Positions 13,262 through 26,074 of a DNA stretch of 64,000 bases are shown here, in pieces. The translations under genes were made by a program, and so were the position numbers. The notes beneath the pieces are model-generated. The model was given only the letters and a program-made list of their open reading frames with translations. It ran no database searches and was not told where the DNA came from. This DNA is from Marsupella aquatica (taxonomy: Eukaryota > Plantae > Marchantiophyta): assembly GCA_973895155.1 (NCBI GenBank), contig OZ316897.1, forward strand, positions 17,704,457-17,768,456, in the 5' to 3' direction. Every line of letters starts with the position of its first letter. The stretch's first letter is position 1.

Positions 13262-15049
13262 ATGGCGTACAATCCAGGAAGTCGTCCAGGAATCGAGGGA
13301 ACCGGGATGGCGGTGCCAGCGGTCGTAAGCGAGGCTTACGTTGTGCCCTACATGGTACAATTCAAGATCGAGCAGAAAGTTATGTCGTTGAGCGGCGGGA
13401 GGTTCACCATCAGGGATGTCGGAGGGAACCTTCTGTTTGATGTGAAGAGGAAAAATCCGCTTGCCCTGCATACCAGGCGAGTGTTACTTGATGCTTCGGG
13501 GCATTCTCTTGTTCTCTTGAAGGAAAGGGTGGGTATCTCAGCTTTCTAGACTTGTCCGAATTGGTGTGATTCAGATGGACTTCAGATACCTTTCCTGATG
13601 CAATTTACTGTCCACACAACCACTACTTAGCTTTCTACTTTGACAGAGTTCAGGGAATTGCCCAGGGATCTGAACAGATGAAAATTATAGTGTAGTTCGG
13701 AATGAGGAAAATTGGGCCAGTACGAGAACAATGGATATCATTCTGACAATTTGCCTGTTCCCCTGGCTGTGTCTGAGGACAGGTTATGAGTATGCATGAC
13801 AAATGGTCAGCCTATCGTGGGGAAAATGACAGTGAGGAGAAATTGCTGTTCAACATGTCGAAGACCTCTATCTTTAGTATAACGCCGTCGTTTGACATCT
13901 TCCTGGCTTCAAACCATAGTTCAAGGCCGGATTTCACAGTCAAGGGGGATTTCTTGGAACACAACTATGCCATTCTCTTCAACGATGTACCTGTCGCTGA
14001 GGTAATCAATCGTAACGTTCTATCCCAGTAGGGATCTTGTCGAATTAATTGAGTATGATGGTCAGTGAACGAACATTGTACCCTCCGTTTTATTCAGTCT
14101 TACGGTCGTTTGTTTTTGGAATTTGGTGATTGAAGTGTATAGTAAGAAGGCTTCCTACGAATAAGTGATTCTGCAATCAAACTAAATAGTGAATTTCATT
14201 AATGCCAAACGCTCAGTCAACAAGGAAATATTTAGTGGGCTTAGTGGTGACGAGAATTTAGCAGAAAAGTCCATTAAGGTAGCTCACCTTCACTTCTTTT
14301 TGTCTTGCACGGAAATGAGGAAGCACACTTAGTAGACTCTCCCCGCCCCAACCCAATAGTGACATACATTTATTATAGGTAACCCATTGCAGGGTGAGCC
14401 ACCCCTACCCAATAGTGACATACATTCATTATAGGGAACCCATTTCAGGATGAGCCCCTCCCCCCCCCCAACCCTATAGTACATACATTGATTATAGGGA
14501 ATCAACCCATTTCAGGGTGAGCCCCCATTGACCCTACCAGACCTGCACCAAGAGGAAGAGAGGGTTAAAGCAGGGCCACAAAGTGTACAATCAGGGGTTA
14601 AAGAGACAAAGTGTACAACCAGGGGTTAAAGAGATAATCAGAACTCCCATCCACTACCCACAAAATGCATCCTACCCACACACCCTCCATACCCATGTGT
14701 GTGGAGGGTAGATCTAAACTAGGACCTATGAGTTCCAGGCTAAATTCCCTCGCCAACTGACCTAAGCCAGTTGGTTGGTAACTCACCTTCTCATAGAAAG
14801 GTCATGTCACAACATAAACAGAAGAGAGTAACAATGTTGTAGCATAGACATAGATGTAAAATTGTTCTTGAAGTGATGAAGTGGTTGCATTTACTTTGAA
14901 CTTTTGGAATGCAGACTCGAATGAAAATGAACATGTCATCTGTGTTCCTAGGAAAGGATCAATATGTTGTGACGGTACACCCTGGAGTCGATCACGCTTT
15001 CATTGCCTCAATTGTTGTCATATTGGACCAAGTGAAGCAGAACGTTTAA
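13262..15049 (+). CDS. LURP-one-related (LOR / Tubby-C-like) protein, 3 exons: 13262-13528, 13783-14001, 14915-15049 (206 aa)
   Basis: All introns are GT-AG and phase 0. Motifs KVMSLSGGRFTIRDVGGNLLFDV, RRVLLDASG, HDKWSAYRG, PDFTVKGDF and C-terminal YVVTVHPGVDHAFIASIVVILD are typical of LOR proteins. Confidence 0.9.
14348..14526. repeat. Three ~56-62 bp tandem units in LOR intron 2
   Basis: CCCAATAGTGACATACATT..TTATAGG.AACCCATT.CAGG.TGAGCC repeated three times. Confidence 0.8.
14578..14776 (-). mobile_element. Degenerate tRNA-derived SINE-like element in LOR intron 2
   Basis: Minus strand reads GGCTTAGGTCAGTTGG (A-box-like) ... AGGTCCTAGTTTAGATCT (B-box-like) at tRNA-like spacing, then a body ending in a short direct repeat. 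Confidence 0.4.
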
Positions 15050-15809
15050 TATCAATAGATTTAGGGCAGCGAATGCATACATCTGATAGTGTTTGATTAG
15101 TGCTACAACAATATTATTTTTCCTAACACTGATTTTGGTGAAAGTGATCTTGAATCCAAACACTAATTTTGGTGAAAGTGATCTTGAGTCCAAAGTAATG
15201 TTAATTCTGGTCAGTTAATTTTTGACAGTATTATTTTCCACTTTTATTTAAAGTGCTATAAAAAATGGATGACTTGAGTCCAAAATAACATTAAGTTTTG
15301 TGTATATTTCAAAATTATTTTTTCTCCACTATTTCACATTCTTGACACCAAAGTAACACTGATTCATGTGTAGAACCCACAAATGTCTACTCTTTAATTA
15401 CTGTAACACCAGGGTGAATAGTGTAGTTGTTCCAAATGTATCCATGTATTCTATATTGGGGTAGATGTGTGCTCCCACATATATGTATGCACTCAATTCA
15501 CACTTTCCCATGCTTCTGCCCCACCTCCATCTCTGCCGGGGTGATCTTCCTCCTCTACCTCTTGTAGTACCCCAACAAAAAACGGCACAATAAGCATCTC
15601 GCGACCAGAAAATAAGGCCCAATGACCACAAGTTACCAAGTTATAAAGGGGTATGGGTGGGGTAAGGGTGGCAGTGGGGATGAGAGGGAGGTGCATTGGG
15701 GGGGGGGGGGGTTAGACCCTAAACCGACACTTAGGCAAATCCAAATTCAAAAAATTTGAATTAGTGAAGCCCAAACTTTTGCAACTAGCAATGACATTAC
15801 GTTTGTGAA

Positions 15810-16870
15810 GGGGTTTTGCGATGCATGTACCTTCGCAAGAGCTTTGCAAAACTCTTTTCACTTGGATGCACCTCAGGTGCCCCTGCAGGTGCCTTGAGGA
15901 GCTTCTTGGGCGGATCGCCCATTAATTCCAGCACAACCTGTTGGAGCTGGTCTACCTTTTGCTCCATTGTTTTCAGGTCGCATTCAAACTTCCTGGCCTC
16001 TCTTGCCCTCCTCTTGCCTTATGGGCCTTTGCCAGCTTCTTTGAAAATTCCTTGAGGAGCCTGGCTCCTTTCAGTTTTACTTAAGTTCTGGTAGACATCT
16101 TCCAGACATCTTCTGAGAATTGCAGCGGCCGCTGCAGATTCCTGTATTCCTCCAAATCTCTCAGGTGAACTTTGATCTTCATTCTATCGTGGCATCTTGC
16201 TTGTACCATGGAATTTGAAATCTTGTCCACAAGCCACTGTGAATCCATTTCTCCTCCATTTTGAAATGCATCTTTCACTTGATTGATCGCTTGCCTCTAC
16301 TCTGCCTTTGAAGCGGTGCCCCACTCAGCCCCTCGTGCAAAGTTTGTGGACACAATGTGCCTAAGTTGTGCTCTTGGCCCCAAGGTAAGCCAACTCTGTT
16401 GGGATTCCCTCTTCCTCCAAAGTAATCAAAGGCATTTTCCTCCTGGCCTCCTCCTTCTTTTGTTGCTCCTCCGTCTGCTTCCTGATGAGGTCCCTCTCCT
16501 CTTTCCTTCTCTTCTTTTCCAGGGCATGAGGGGAGAGCACTCCAGTCTGAGCCCTCTCATCTCTCTTCCGTTACTTTCTTCTCAGCAGACTTGAGTTCTG
16601 CTCCACTGCCCTCTTTGCCTTCTCCTCTCTTGCTGCTTGCCCTGCACTCACACCAGATTGTATTGCCTGGCCTAAGAGTGCACTCAATGATTCAAGCCCC
16701 GCTGGAGTACTCAAATCTAGTTGGCTCAGTATATGGTCCTCCCGACCATCTTCCGCAGTCTGTCATCACCTGGATTCCCTCCCTGGCTACCAGAAGCTCC
16801 ATCACCTCTACTACCTCCTGTGCTTTCCATCGCTCCGCCCGAGCCCTAGCCTCCGTTCTCATGATGCAAT
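15810..16870 (-). mobile_element. Decayed transposon-associated ORF (CACTA TnpA/Ptta-like or Harbinger ORF1-like)
   Basis: About 1 kb of coding-like sequence with stops and frameshifts (EKKRRKEERDLIRKQTEE..., AEWGTASKAE*RQAINQVKDAF...WLVDKISNSM...RPLQFSEDVWK). No introns; flanked by AT-rich repeat DNA. Family call is tentative. Confidence 0.35.
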
Positions 16871-19800
16871 GAAAATCTGTCCCGGCCTCTGCACACTCAG
16901 AAATGATATATAAGGGTCACTAGAGTCAGGGTTTGCAAAACTTTGCGGATTGCAAGTTTCAATGTAGTTTCCTTTGCAAGTAGCATTACAAATATTAGTA
17001 TTGAGATACAAAAGGGTTCGCAAACATGGTTTTGCTTTTGCTTGCAATGATGCTTTTCTTGCATGCGTCTCGTGTCAATTTGAAAATTTGAATTATTGGA
17101 GGCAACAAGTAAGGGTAAGAGGTAAGAAACCAGGGTATGAGGATTGTAAGAAGTTAGGTTTGACGGGTTTTTAATGTGGGGGATTAGAGTGACTAAGAAG
17201 GTAGAGTATGAGCGAGGGGTTTCTAATGTTGGATGGGGCACAAGGGTTTAACTTTTACTCTTCTTCTTGGGTAAGAGGGGTTTATACTACTCTTCTTGTG
17301 GGTTTTAGGCCAATTTAGGAGGGGAAGGTGAGTTTCGGTTTGGGGTTTCATTTATGGGAAGTTGTACAAGAGTAGAATTAATTAACAAGAGGTTGGCATT
17401 TGGGTTCAGGGTAAGAGGGGTTTAACTTCTGGCTGTTGGGGCCAGTTTTGGATGGTAAGATGCATTTGGGGGGTTAATTTATGGTAGCATATACAAGAGG
17501 GTAAATCAAGGAGTTTTGCATTTGCATTTTAGAGTTTTACATATAGGAGGGTTGAAGGGTTTAGAGTTAACTAAGCCATTTATGACCCTGGGTGAAATTA
17601 GCTAGAGCTAAATGTGTGCTTGAAAAATTAGCTACACATTGACACTAGAGATTACCCGGGTTTTTAGTTTTTCCCTCCTACTTCCAGATTGGGCTTATCT
17701 TCCTTGAGCCACATGACCTATAGGCAAAGTTGAGCCTGGGTCCCATACAGGTAATTGTTATGAAATAGTGACATCAATTGTTTTTGCATGTACTGTCTTA
17801 CTTGACATACTTTTTGCTAATCATGCTCTCCAATGTAATATTACAACATTGGATATGTTTTCCTCCTTGGAACTCTCCAGCAGTGATTTTTCCTCTTCTG
17901 ATGAGGATATACCACCTATCCTCAACCAGATGTTACCGGTCATCCTTGTGGTCCACCCCAACAACTCTCTCAATGCACCAGATGTGTGGGCCAAATCTCC
18001 CAAAAATCTTATGTATGTGCACAATATATTGAGAGATATGATCATCATAGAGGTCTTAGTCTGAGGGCTTCTTCATCCCATATGGTAAGTGTGTAACAAT
18101 GTCTGCTATTTTCTAGTCGTACTTTTAAAAGTGAATGAATGTTTACACCTATGGTTGATTGTGGGTTTTTTATGGAATAGGGATCCGTTATGGGTAGACT
18201 GGTGACACCACCACCTATGCCCCGTCACAAGGGGTTCTAGATGCTATAGGCAATCTCAGGGGTTTCACTTCCACAAAAATGGCACATTGATCACGTGCGA
18301 CAAAGGATAATGTTGTTGTATTGGTTCTAAGGGAACATTTAAGAATTTTCTCAGAAGAACAATATGGTCTTTAGAACCAATTTTGAGACTTATAGGTCCA
18401 TTAGGGTCTTTTTAATCAAATTTTTAGAATACTCCAAAAATATTCTAATGTTATAGGGGTCAAAAAATAATATACTTTTCTTATATTTTAGGGGGTCCGA
18501 GGCCTAGAAGCTTCACATGTGATGGCAAGCCTCCATATATATGGTGAGACCCCACAGTAGGCAATGCACTTTCTCGAGCCTTGGGTCTAGGGTTGAGTAC
18601 TGGTGATGGGACAGAAGAGGAACAGCCTCATGTGCCCACCGAGACACGAAGACCCCGGTCCAGGCCCGAGTCCAGGAGGAGGCCACAAGCACCCAGTGAC
18701 CCATCCAGAACACTAAAAGATTTCATTTGCAAAAACGATGATGGTTTGCAAAAGACTTTGTTGTGTAAAGAGGTCATTTGTGGAAAAGATCTTGTTCCAT
18801 AAAAGATATGATTTGCGGAAAAGATGTCATTGTTCAAAGTTTTTGTGTAAAAGATGTTTGGGAAAAAATGTTGTTATGAAAAGATGTAGTCGCGGTGTAA
18901 TGATGTCATTGCGCAAAACACATTGTCATGTAAAAGATGTTTGTGGAGAAAGTGCCGTTGGGCAAAGTCGACGTTGTGTGGAAGATGTCTCCCTTGTCCT
19001 ATCCATGTGCATGAGTCATTTAGAACTTGATTCTGTTTTTTAATTTTCTTTTGTGCCTAGTTTTCTATTGGTTGTTTAGAATTTTTAATTCTGGCACATA
19101 AGAAAATGCCACACCACAAAACAACCAAAAAACCAATAATTCCATACCTCCCCAAAACTACCTTCCCACCTGAAAAAATGTAAAGAGGTAAAAAAAATCT
19201 TCCTTCAGTTAATCTTTCTTTCTCTCCTAGTTGTCATTTGCTTTTGCCCACTAATGATGCATTGTAGGCTATATCTACAACTATAATACTTGATCCCGCC
19301 AAAAGTTGTCCATCATCCGTTTCCAAAATGAGATTTGGTGGGAACACTTGCTTTCCCATCTTTTGCAACGCACAGACATTGGGCTAGTATAATATATATA
19401 GCTTGTACTCCATGTACTCTACTTTGGAAAGTTTAGTGGTCCATGTGAGTTTGGGTTTATAACTTGATGATTATGAATCTTGTCAATCATTTTTAGTTTT
19501 CAACTCCAAAGAACTAGAAAAGGTGGAAACATAAAAAAACAAAACCCCTAATATTTCATATTAACACAATCAAAATTAATCTATTAAAATTTACCCCTTA
19601 GCAAGGCATGATGAATAACTTAACCAAAATGAACATAAATTCATTCTCCCTTTGATGAAAGTGTACCTTAACCCAAAATGAACATAAATTAGTTCTCACT
19701 TTGATGGAAGTATACCGTACCTACTCCTCTAGCACATACTCTAAATTAGTTCGTGGACCCCTTGGCTAATTGACAGCATGGTTATCACAAGGAGTTGTCA

Positions 19801-20724
19801 AAATCAGGTTTTTCGCTACATGGCTACCAAATTCTCAAGCTACAAGAGTTGGAATTCAATGTGTGACAAATTCATTTGTAATTAGATGAATGTCTAATCA
19901 AATGAATTGTACCAGGTCGTTCAATGTTCAAGTTCGGACCATGGCTAGCAGTTTCCCTTGATTGTATTGGGCCGGAAATCTTACTCCAGGTGCCAATTAT
20001 CCTTTAACAAGGAAGTTATCAAGTTAGTTACTAGCCATTATTTATTATATGAAAAATACTTTTTATAAATCTTTGAATTGAAGTTTTAAAATTGGAAATG
20101 TAACTCAAACGGTTACATAGTTAGTGACAGTTTTAACTTCTTTGCATTTCTAATTATTTTACATTTCTTTTTATGGCATGGTGTCCCAAAATTTACACCC
20201 AAATTGACGCAAACATGAAGGAAAACTGTAAGTTTGATTCTCAAAAAGGACCAGTCTTGTTTGTTACAGTTTTTGTTGATGTGGCAAGCTCTGGTGCCAG
20301 GAATTTTGGAAGGGACCTCTAGTGGGGTCAGTAACTAAAAAATATTTAAGATTTATGAATATCAAATTATTATAATTAAACTCAATTTTTTTGACAAAGG
20401 AGGTACATGGGGGTTTGCAAAGAGCAACGTTGTGGTCCATGGGAGCATTGTTTTCGACATCCTAGATTACAAATTCGGCTTTGTGCGTTTTCTTCTCACC
20501 GACTCCGAAACTAGAACAGAGAAGAAGAATGGACGTGAATTGTTGATACTTGAGTCGAACAGGAATCGGAGGAGGAGAAGGGATGGACGTCAGTTGATTC
20601 GTTACCAAGCTGGAACAGACCTTCGCCAGAGTCTATGCCATTCATTGAGTACCAGCGTTTTCAGGCCACGGAGTTCTCAGAGCTCTGTAGGTTTCTGCAA
20701 TAAAAAAAAAGGCAAGCAGCAGCT

Positions 20725-22738
20725 ATGGTGACGGGATTGATTGCTGCTGGGCATCTGGGCCTCATGGCACCCAAGCTAAGGGCTGCTGGTCTTGCTAGCT
20801 CCAGAGTGCTGGTGAGATTAGGCCCTGCGCATGTCATGGGGCAGGACAGAAGGGCGCGGAATGTGGAGCTGAGGAGGAGACAGAGTGGGAGGATGAGGGA
20901 GGGGCAGGGGAGGATGGTGGTGAAGGCATTCTTGCCAGCAGATCCATGGGCGCCAGGGAACTCAATTGACTCGCAGAGCATTGCGTCTTCTCTCTTTGCA
21001 GCTTCGTTGTTTCCGTACCTGGGCTTTCTTTACCACATCACCAAGTCCAAAACTGCGCCCCGACTCACCCTTTTCGGCTTCTATTTCTTGCTCGCTTTTG
21101 TGGGCGCCACGAGTGAGTAATCCGGTCATTCCACTCTACCTTTCTCAAGCCCTTTGCGTCCGCTCTTGTTGACTCTCTACAGTCCTAAGAGAATTTGTGA
21201 ATGATGCACTGAAACCATATTTGAATGGTGCACTAGAAAGGGATTCCTGAACGGCTAGGTTAATAGGGAATTGCGACAGTTCTCTAAGCTATTTAAAGAA
21301 TGGTACTCTAGAAGGGATTTGCGAATGCTAAAATTGGACTTCCCACTGCTATAGCAGGAAAGGAACTTAAAGGAATTCTATACTTAAAGGTCCTCCGAAA
21401 GGAACTCGAAGAAGGATTATAGAATGGTTCAGTCGATTATGAGGACTCCAGGAGAAAGGAATTCGAGCCGTTGTGTCAATCATGAAGGTTTTTAGGACCA
21501 CTTACATTCCAAAGAGCTTCAGAATTGGGAACTCAATGAGAATTTAGAATTACTCCACAATTCACATCCAAATTCCTAGCCTCGCAGCTTGTTGCACTAG
21601 GGACAAGGTTTATGGTGCTCACATGCACACTTCGATGGCATCCCAGTAAGAAAATTTCGCTGCCATCAAAACAGGAGATGGCATTAACCCTTACAAGCTG
21701 CAAGGGATAAGCCACTGGAAATCTCTAGGCGAACAGAAGTTGAGTACCGACTGCAATATCTTGACTGTTTAGTCTAATTTCTGTATCATGAATTTTAAGC
21801 TGATTAGTTCACCAAGACTGATTATGTTCCGGAGGAGAAAAATCGTTTGATGAAATGTCATTAAAGGATTTCATACCCTTTTGCAAATCGAGAATTGTGC
21901 CTGCATTAAGATATGCGCTCGAGTCACCGTTTCATCGCACAGGTTTCCAGTCCCCTCCTGCTTCATGCTGCATCCTGCAATTTTGCTAAAATTTTGAGAC
22001 TTTGCCCTCTTGTGCGATGTTTCTGAATTACGTGTTGCACAGTTGTCAGACGAATGGGCTACACCTTACTCAACGTTGTCTTAGATTTGTGGCTGATTTC
22101 TCACTATTGCCCTGTCGTGTTCTTGTTGCACTTGGTCTCATCTCGGTTCTCAGTTCCGGCCGGCATCTACGGTGAGTCCAACACACCTAAAGCTCAGTTT
22201 AGTATTCCTTCTTGTTGACCTTAGAAATTTGAGATGGCAATCTATCTCCTGGTAGCCCCATCTACTTTGTGACAGATGCCTCATTTGGATTATAGACGTT
22301 ACATGTCTTGCTCTATAGCAATTGTAGCTGCTGAGCCCTCTTCAGAGCCGTCTTGTATACCGAGTGGTGATAAAGTTATGCCGGCAGGATGTCAGTTAAG
22401 CTGGCTAGACGTTGCAGTTACATTTTCGGCACGGTGGGTAAATATTTGACATCTGTGTTCCATCTGCATTCCTCGTGTGTGATATAGCTAAGGGTGGATT
22501 TAACGACAAGCTATCATTATTCGCTAATATTACCGTATTATCGGAAATTGGTCCAGCAAAACTGCACTATGGAACATCACTCTCGAATGTGGATTGGTTG
22601 CACGGAGGTGCGGAGTCACTCCTGACTCTCACAAACCTGTTCATTGTGTTTGGGTTGAGGGGAGCTCTGCGCAAGGACAAAGAAGATAGCAGTAGAGTTG
22701 AGGTTGAGAAAGAAGAAAAGCTTCCTCTCTCGAAGTGA
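20725..22738 (+). CDS. DUF3593 membrane protein, probably plastid-targeted; exons 20725-21112, 22154-22171, 22557-22738
   Basis: The spliced product reads LFAASLFPYLGFLYHITKSKTAPRLTLFGFYFLLAFVGATIPAGIYAKLHYGTSLSNVDWLHGGAESLLTLTNLFIVFGLR. Phase-1 GT-AG introns; R/A/S-rich N-terminal transit-like peptide. Confidence 0.9.
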
Positions 22739-23923
22739 GCCGGTATGAATCCACTTGTCAGAGTTGTTCCAGCAAATATGGGCTCATCCATTTTTTCGTG
22801 AAGCCTGGCTACATCAGTTGTCCTTTAACAGCAGAGTAAGTTTTGATCTGTGTGTGCTCTCCTTCACATAGGAAAAGTCATACCTTTTGTGTCTCCATCT
22901 TGCAGGCTTGTGTACAAGCATAGTGTGGAGTGGGCTGACGCTGCTGAGAATACATTTGAACGGATCTACACCAGAAATTCCCAAGATTATGTGTATGGTC
23001 ATGCCCAAGCCAAAGAGTGTAAATTATTGAGAAACGACGGACGTAGCAGCGAGTTTTCCATGATTTGTAGCCAAAAGATGATCCGATTCTGGCTAAGGAA
23101 ATAACAGAATCTGATACCAAAAGCACTGAAGGTTTAGTCTGTCAGATCCATTTGAAAATGATAAGAAGCATCATATAGAAGCCTTATGGGCAGAGGGATC
23201 ATGGCCTTCAGTACTCCCATCTGAAGTAGAAATGGCTTCGGAAAATTTGGTTTTGTATATTACGCGCAGCATTCGTCAACTGGTTCGGCCTTCGTAAAAT
23301 TTGGCTAAGACTCTACAAGAGTCTGGATGTTTAGGGTAGGTAGCTACTTACAATAGGGAAATAGCTCTTAAGCAGAATGTCTTCTGAGCTTCTAGTATCT
23401 CTCATGTCTTTAACTGCATCGCGGTCAGCCAATATTCTCGTACATTGCTAACTAGGAACTTCGGGTGGGCTGCCCGAATTCTCCCATCTGATGCAATTCA
23501 GATTTGGGCGGGTGGAGGCGGACCCGAATACCGCGATACGCATCTGTCTAACGATCAGACATCTATTGACCACTTTGATGCGTTTCCTTCGAGTATTTGT
23601 TTTGGTGGACATTTCATAAACAGAGATATCCATGACAATAAAAAACATGAGGCACGACAGTCGTTCTGAATTCCGTTAACGTTTGGTGGGATCTACTTGG
23701 CAGAAGCAAATCTGAAGAGGACCATCTCAAATTGTTTCACTCAGTTGATCCCCGATAGCTTCTGCCCGCGTCGGGTTCAATCACGCAATTGTTTTTGCCG
23801 AGCATCCTGCCGCCGGATCAGTCCAGTAGCACATGAAAGTACGTCGTCGCATCCTTTGAATAGAGGAGTAACTCTTGTCCAGTAATTTTGGGGCAGAGAC
23901 AGTCTGAAAGAATCATTCAGAAA

Positions 23924-24195
23924 TTCGATGTATGCGCACATACGCTAGGAATGCCTTATAATGGAGAACCGATCGAAGAATATTTGCGCACATACTCTAG
24001 GAATGCTTTATAATGGAGAACCGATTAAAGAATGTTGCAAACGTATTATCCTTCAGCATTAGAGCGAGCGTATTCAGAGTGCTGGGATTAAGCTCGATGA
24101 TGACATCAAACCATTACATTTTATCAGTAAGAGCGTGTTCAGAGTGCTGGGATTAAGCTCGATGATGACAACAAACCATTACATTTTATCAGTAG
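23924..24195. repeat. Two adjacent local duplications (~57 bp x2 and ~74 bp x2)
   Basis: TGCGCACATAC.CTAGGAATGC.TTATAATGGAGAACCGAT x2; GAGCGT.TTCAGAGTGCTGGGATTAAGCTCGATGATGACA.CAAACCATTACATTTTATCAGTA x2. Confidence 0.85.
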
Positions 24196-24503
24196 TGAAA
24201 AGCGTCATTTTTCACTGGTCTTTCTCCAAAGCGCAAGCAGATGCGTACTTCACCAGAGACGCTTCCATGTGTTGCTCTCTCATTCGTGATCTTACCGATT
24301 AGTGTAGACGACTGAATTTGGAACAGGATAACCCATTTTTTCATTTTTCATTCTTTGTTTTCGTGCAATGTTTTTGTCCCAGTACTCAATCACAGACACT
24401 AGACTAGGCCCTTTTCCAAGAGAAGCAACCCTACCATCCCGATTTGTAAAGTACCTCAACTGACGATAAGAAACCTGATGTCCGAGAGCAATCTGTTCCA
24501 AGA

Positions 24504-24635
24504 CCAAGATCTAACCAGAGTGATACAGATCTAAAAAGAAATCAAGATCTAGCCAGAGTGAATACATATCTGAAACTAAATATCTAAAAAGAAATCAAGA
24601 TCTAGCCAGAGTGAATACATATCTGAAACTAAATC
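24504..24635. repeat. ~52 bp tandem repeat, about 2.5 copies
   Basis: ATCTAAAAAGAAATCAAGATCTAGCCAGAGTGAATACATATCTGAAACTAAAT repeated. Confidence 0.85.
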
Positions 24636-26074
24636 TCGCAGCTGTGACCGCCTGGCTCATAGCCTCTGCAGAACCGAAACTCTAGTCAATCACCGTACTG
24701 CCAGTAAGATAACTTGCTAAGCCCAGTGGATACGGTACAAATGCCGAAAACTGTCTATGGTCGAAACGCTGAAAGAAAATGGCCCTTGGTCCAACATTTG
24801 CAAGCGTTTGTTCTTGCGGACCCAGTGCAGTTAGAACTCACCACTCCCGACATTCATCCACTTTTTAGCACGAGAACGCACCACTCCGAACATTTATCCA
24901 CTGTTTAGCACGATCCAATTGTGCTGTGCTTTTTGAATCTCGCGTCGATTGATTTATGTGCCGACGCTTCACCTCCAGTGCAACGTGTCCCGGGTTTTGC
25001 GCACCTGACGCTTGTCCCTTCGCTTGACACGTCACACAAAAGCTGGACAGGACTTGGCAAGTACAGATGTATAGTTGGGTTCTGCAGATTGAACATTTCC
25101 TCGCTTGCAAGCAATGCTTCGGACGGTCCTTGGGTATCCCGGCTTCCAAAGGTGAGCGACAGCTTCTGAGTCTCATTCCGCTGTGGAAGGTGGGTCGACC
25201 ACTCCAAACCAGCGATGTGGCATTGAGCTTCTCTCTTATGTACAATCCAAAGTGCAGTATCAAGATTTCTAAACTCAGGTTATTGCTTTCCCCAGTTTTC
25301 AATCGCATTTCCTGCATCATTGCGAATTGAAAATGACATTTCGAGAACAAATGTCTGAGGAGCACATTGCAACTGTAGAGTGCGTGACAAAAAGTGCTCT
25401 CAATTAGAATTCCATTTCGTTCCGTGCATCTCTCCCGTAAATTTTTCGTCTGCTAGAAACATGAAAATATTGCTCTCTTCAGCTACCCAAGAGGTCTCCT
25501 GAGCTGTGTTGCTCTTTGTTGCAGCCGTATGTCCGCTTCTTTCAGCTGAGCGGTACTGAAGTCGGCAGGAGGAAAGAGCGTGAAAGAGAATGACTTCTCC
25601 ACCTCCTGCAGGGAGAATGCCACGGCAGGTTTGGATCTTCTTGTGACTCCCCGAATATCCTGACATTGCACTATTTGACTCAGCAAAGATTTCATCCTGC
25701 TACCCGTTCTGTAATCTGCATCGCTTCCGTTTCGTACTGATGCACTGAAGGAATTTCTAGTCCGTACTTCACAGCAGAGGGTTCTGGATTGCAGCCATGG
25801 CAATTTTAGAGTTCCAAAAGACATTCGACTAATTTCATATCACCTGCCGAATAAGGAACAAACACACAGAGAAAGAGCAAAAAATCAGAAAGCAGACGGA
25901 GAATTGTGCAAGTCCTGGTCTTTCTGCAATGCTATCATGCGTGTTGGTCTTCCAAATTTACATCGGGGTTTCTTGATGAGCTGCCAGGGAATTTGGAGAA
26001 GAAGTCTGCATGTTTTGATAGTATCTAAGAGATGTTAGAAAGGTCAAACAGAAGTCTGTATATGCGGGAACAAG

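Noticed and set aside
24865-25824. Minus-strand ORFs of 88-166 aa upstream of PHS1
   Set aside because: No recognisable motifs or coherent exon chain; probably PHS1 leader/promoter.
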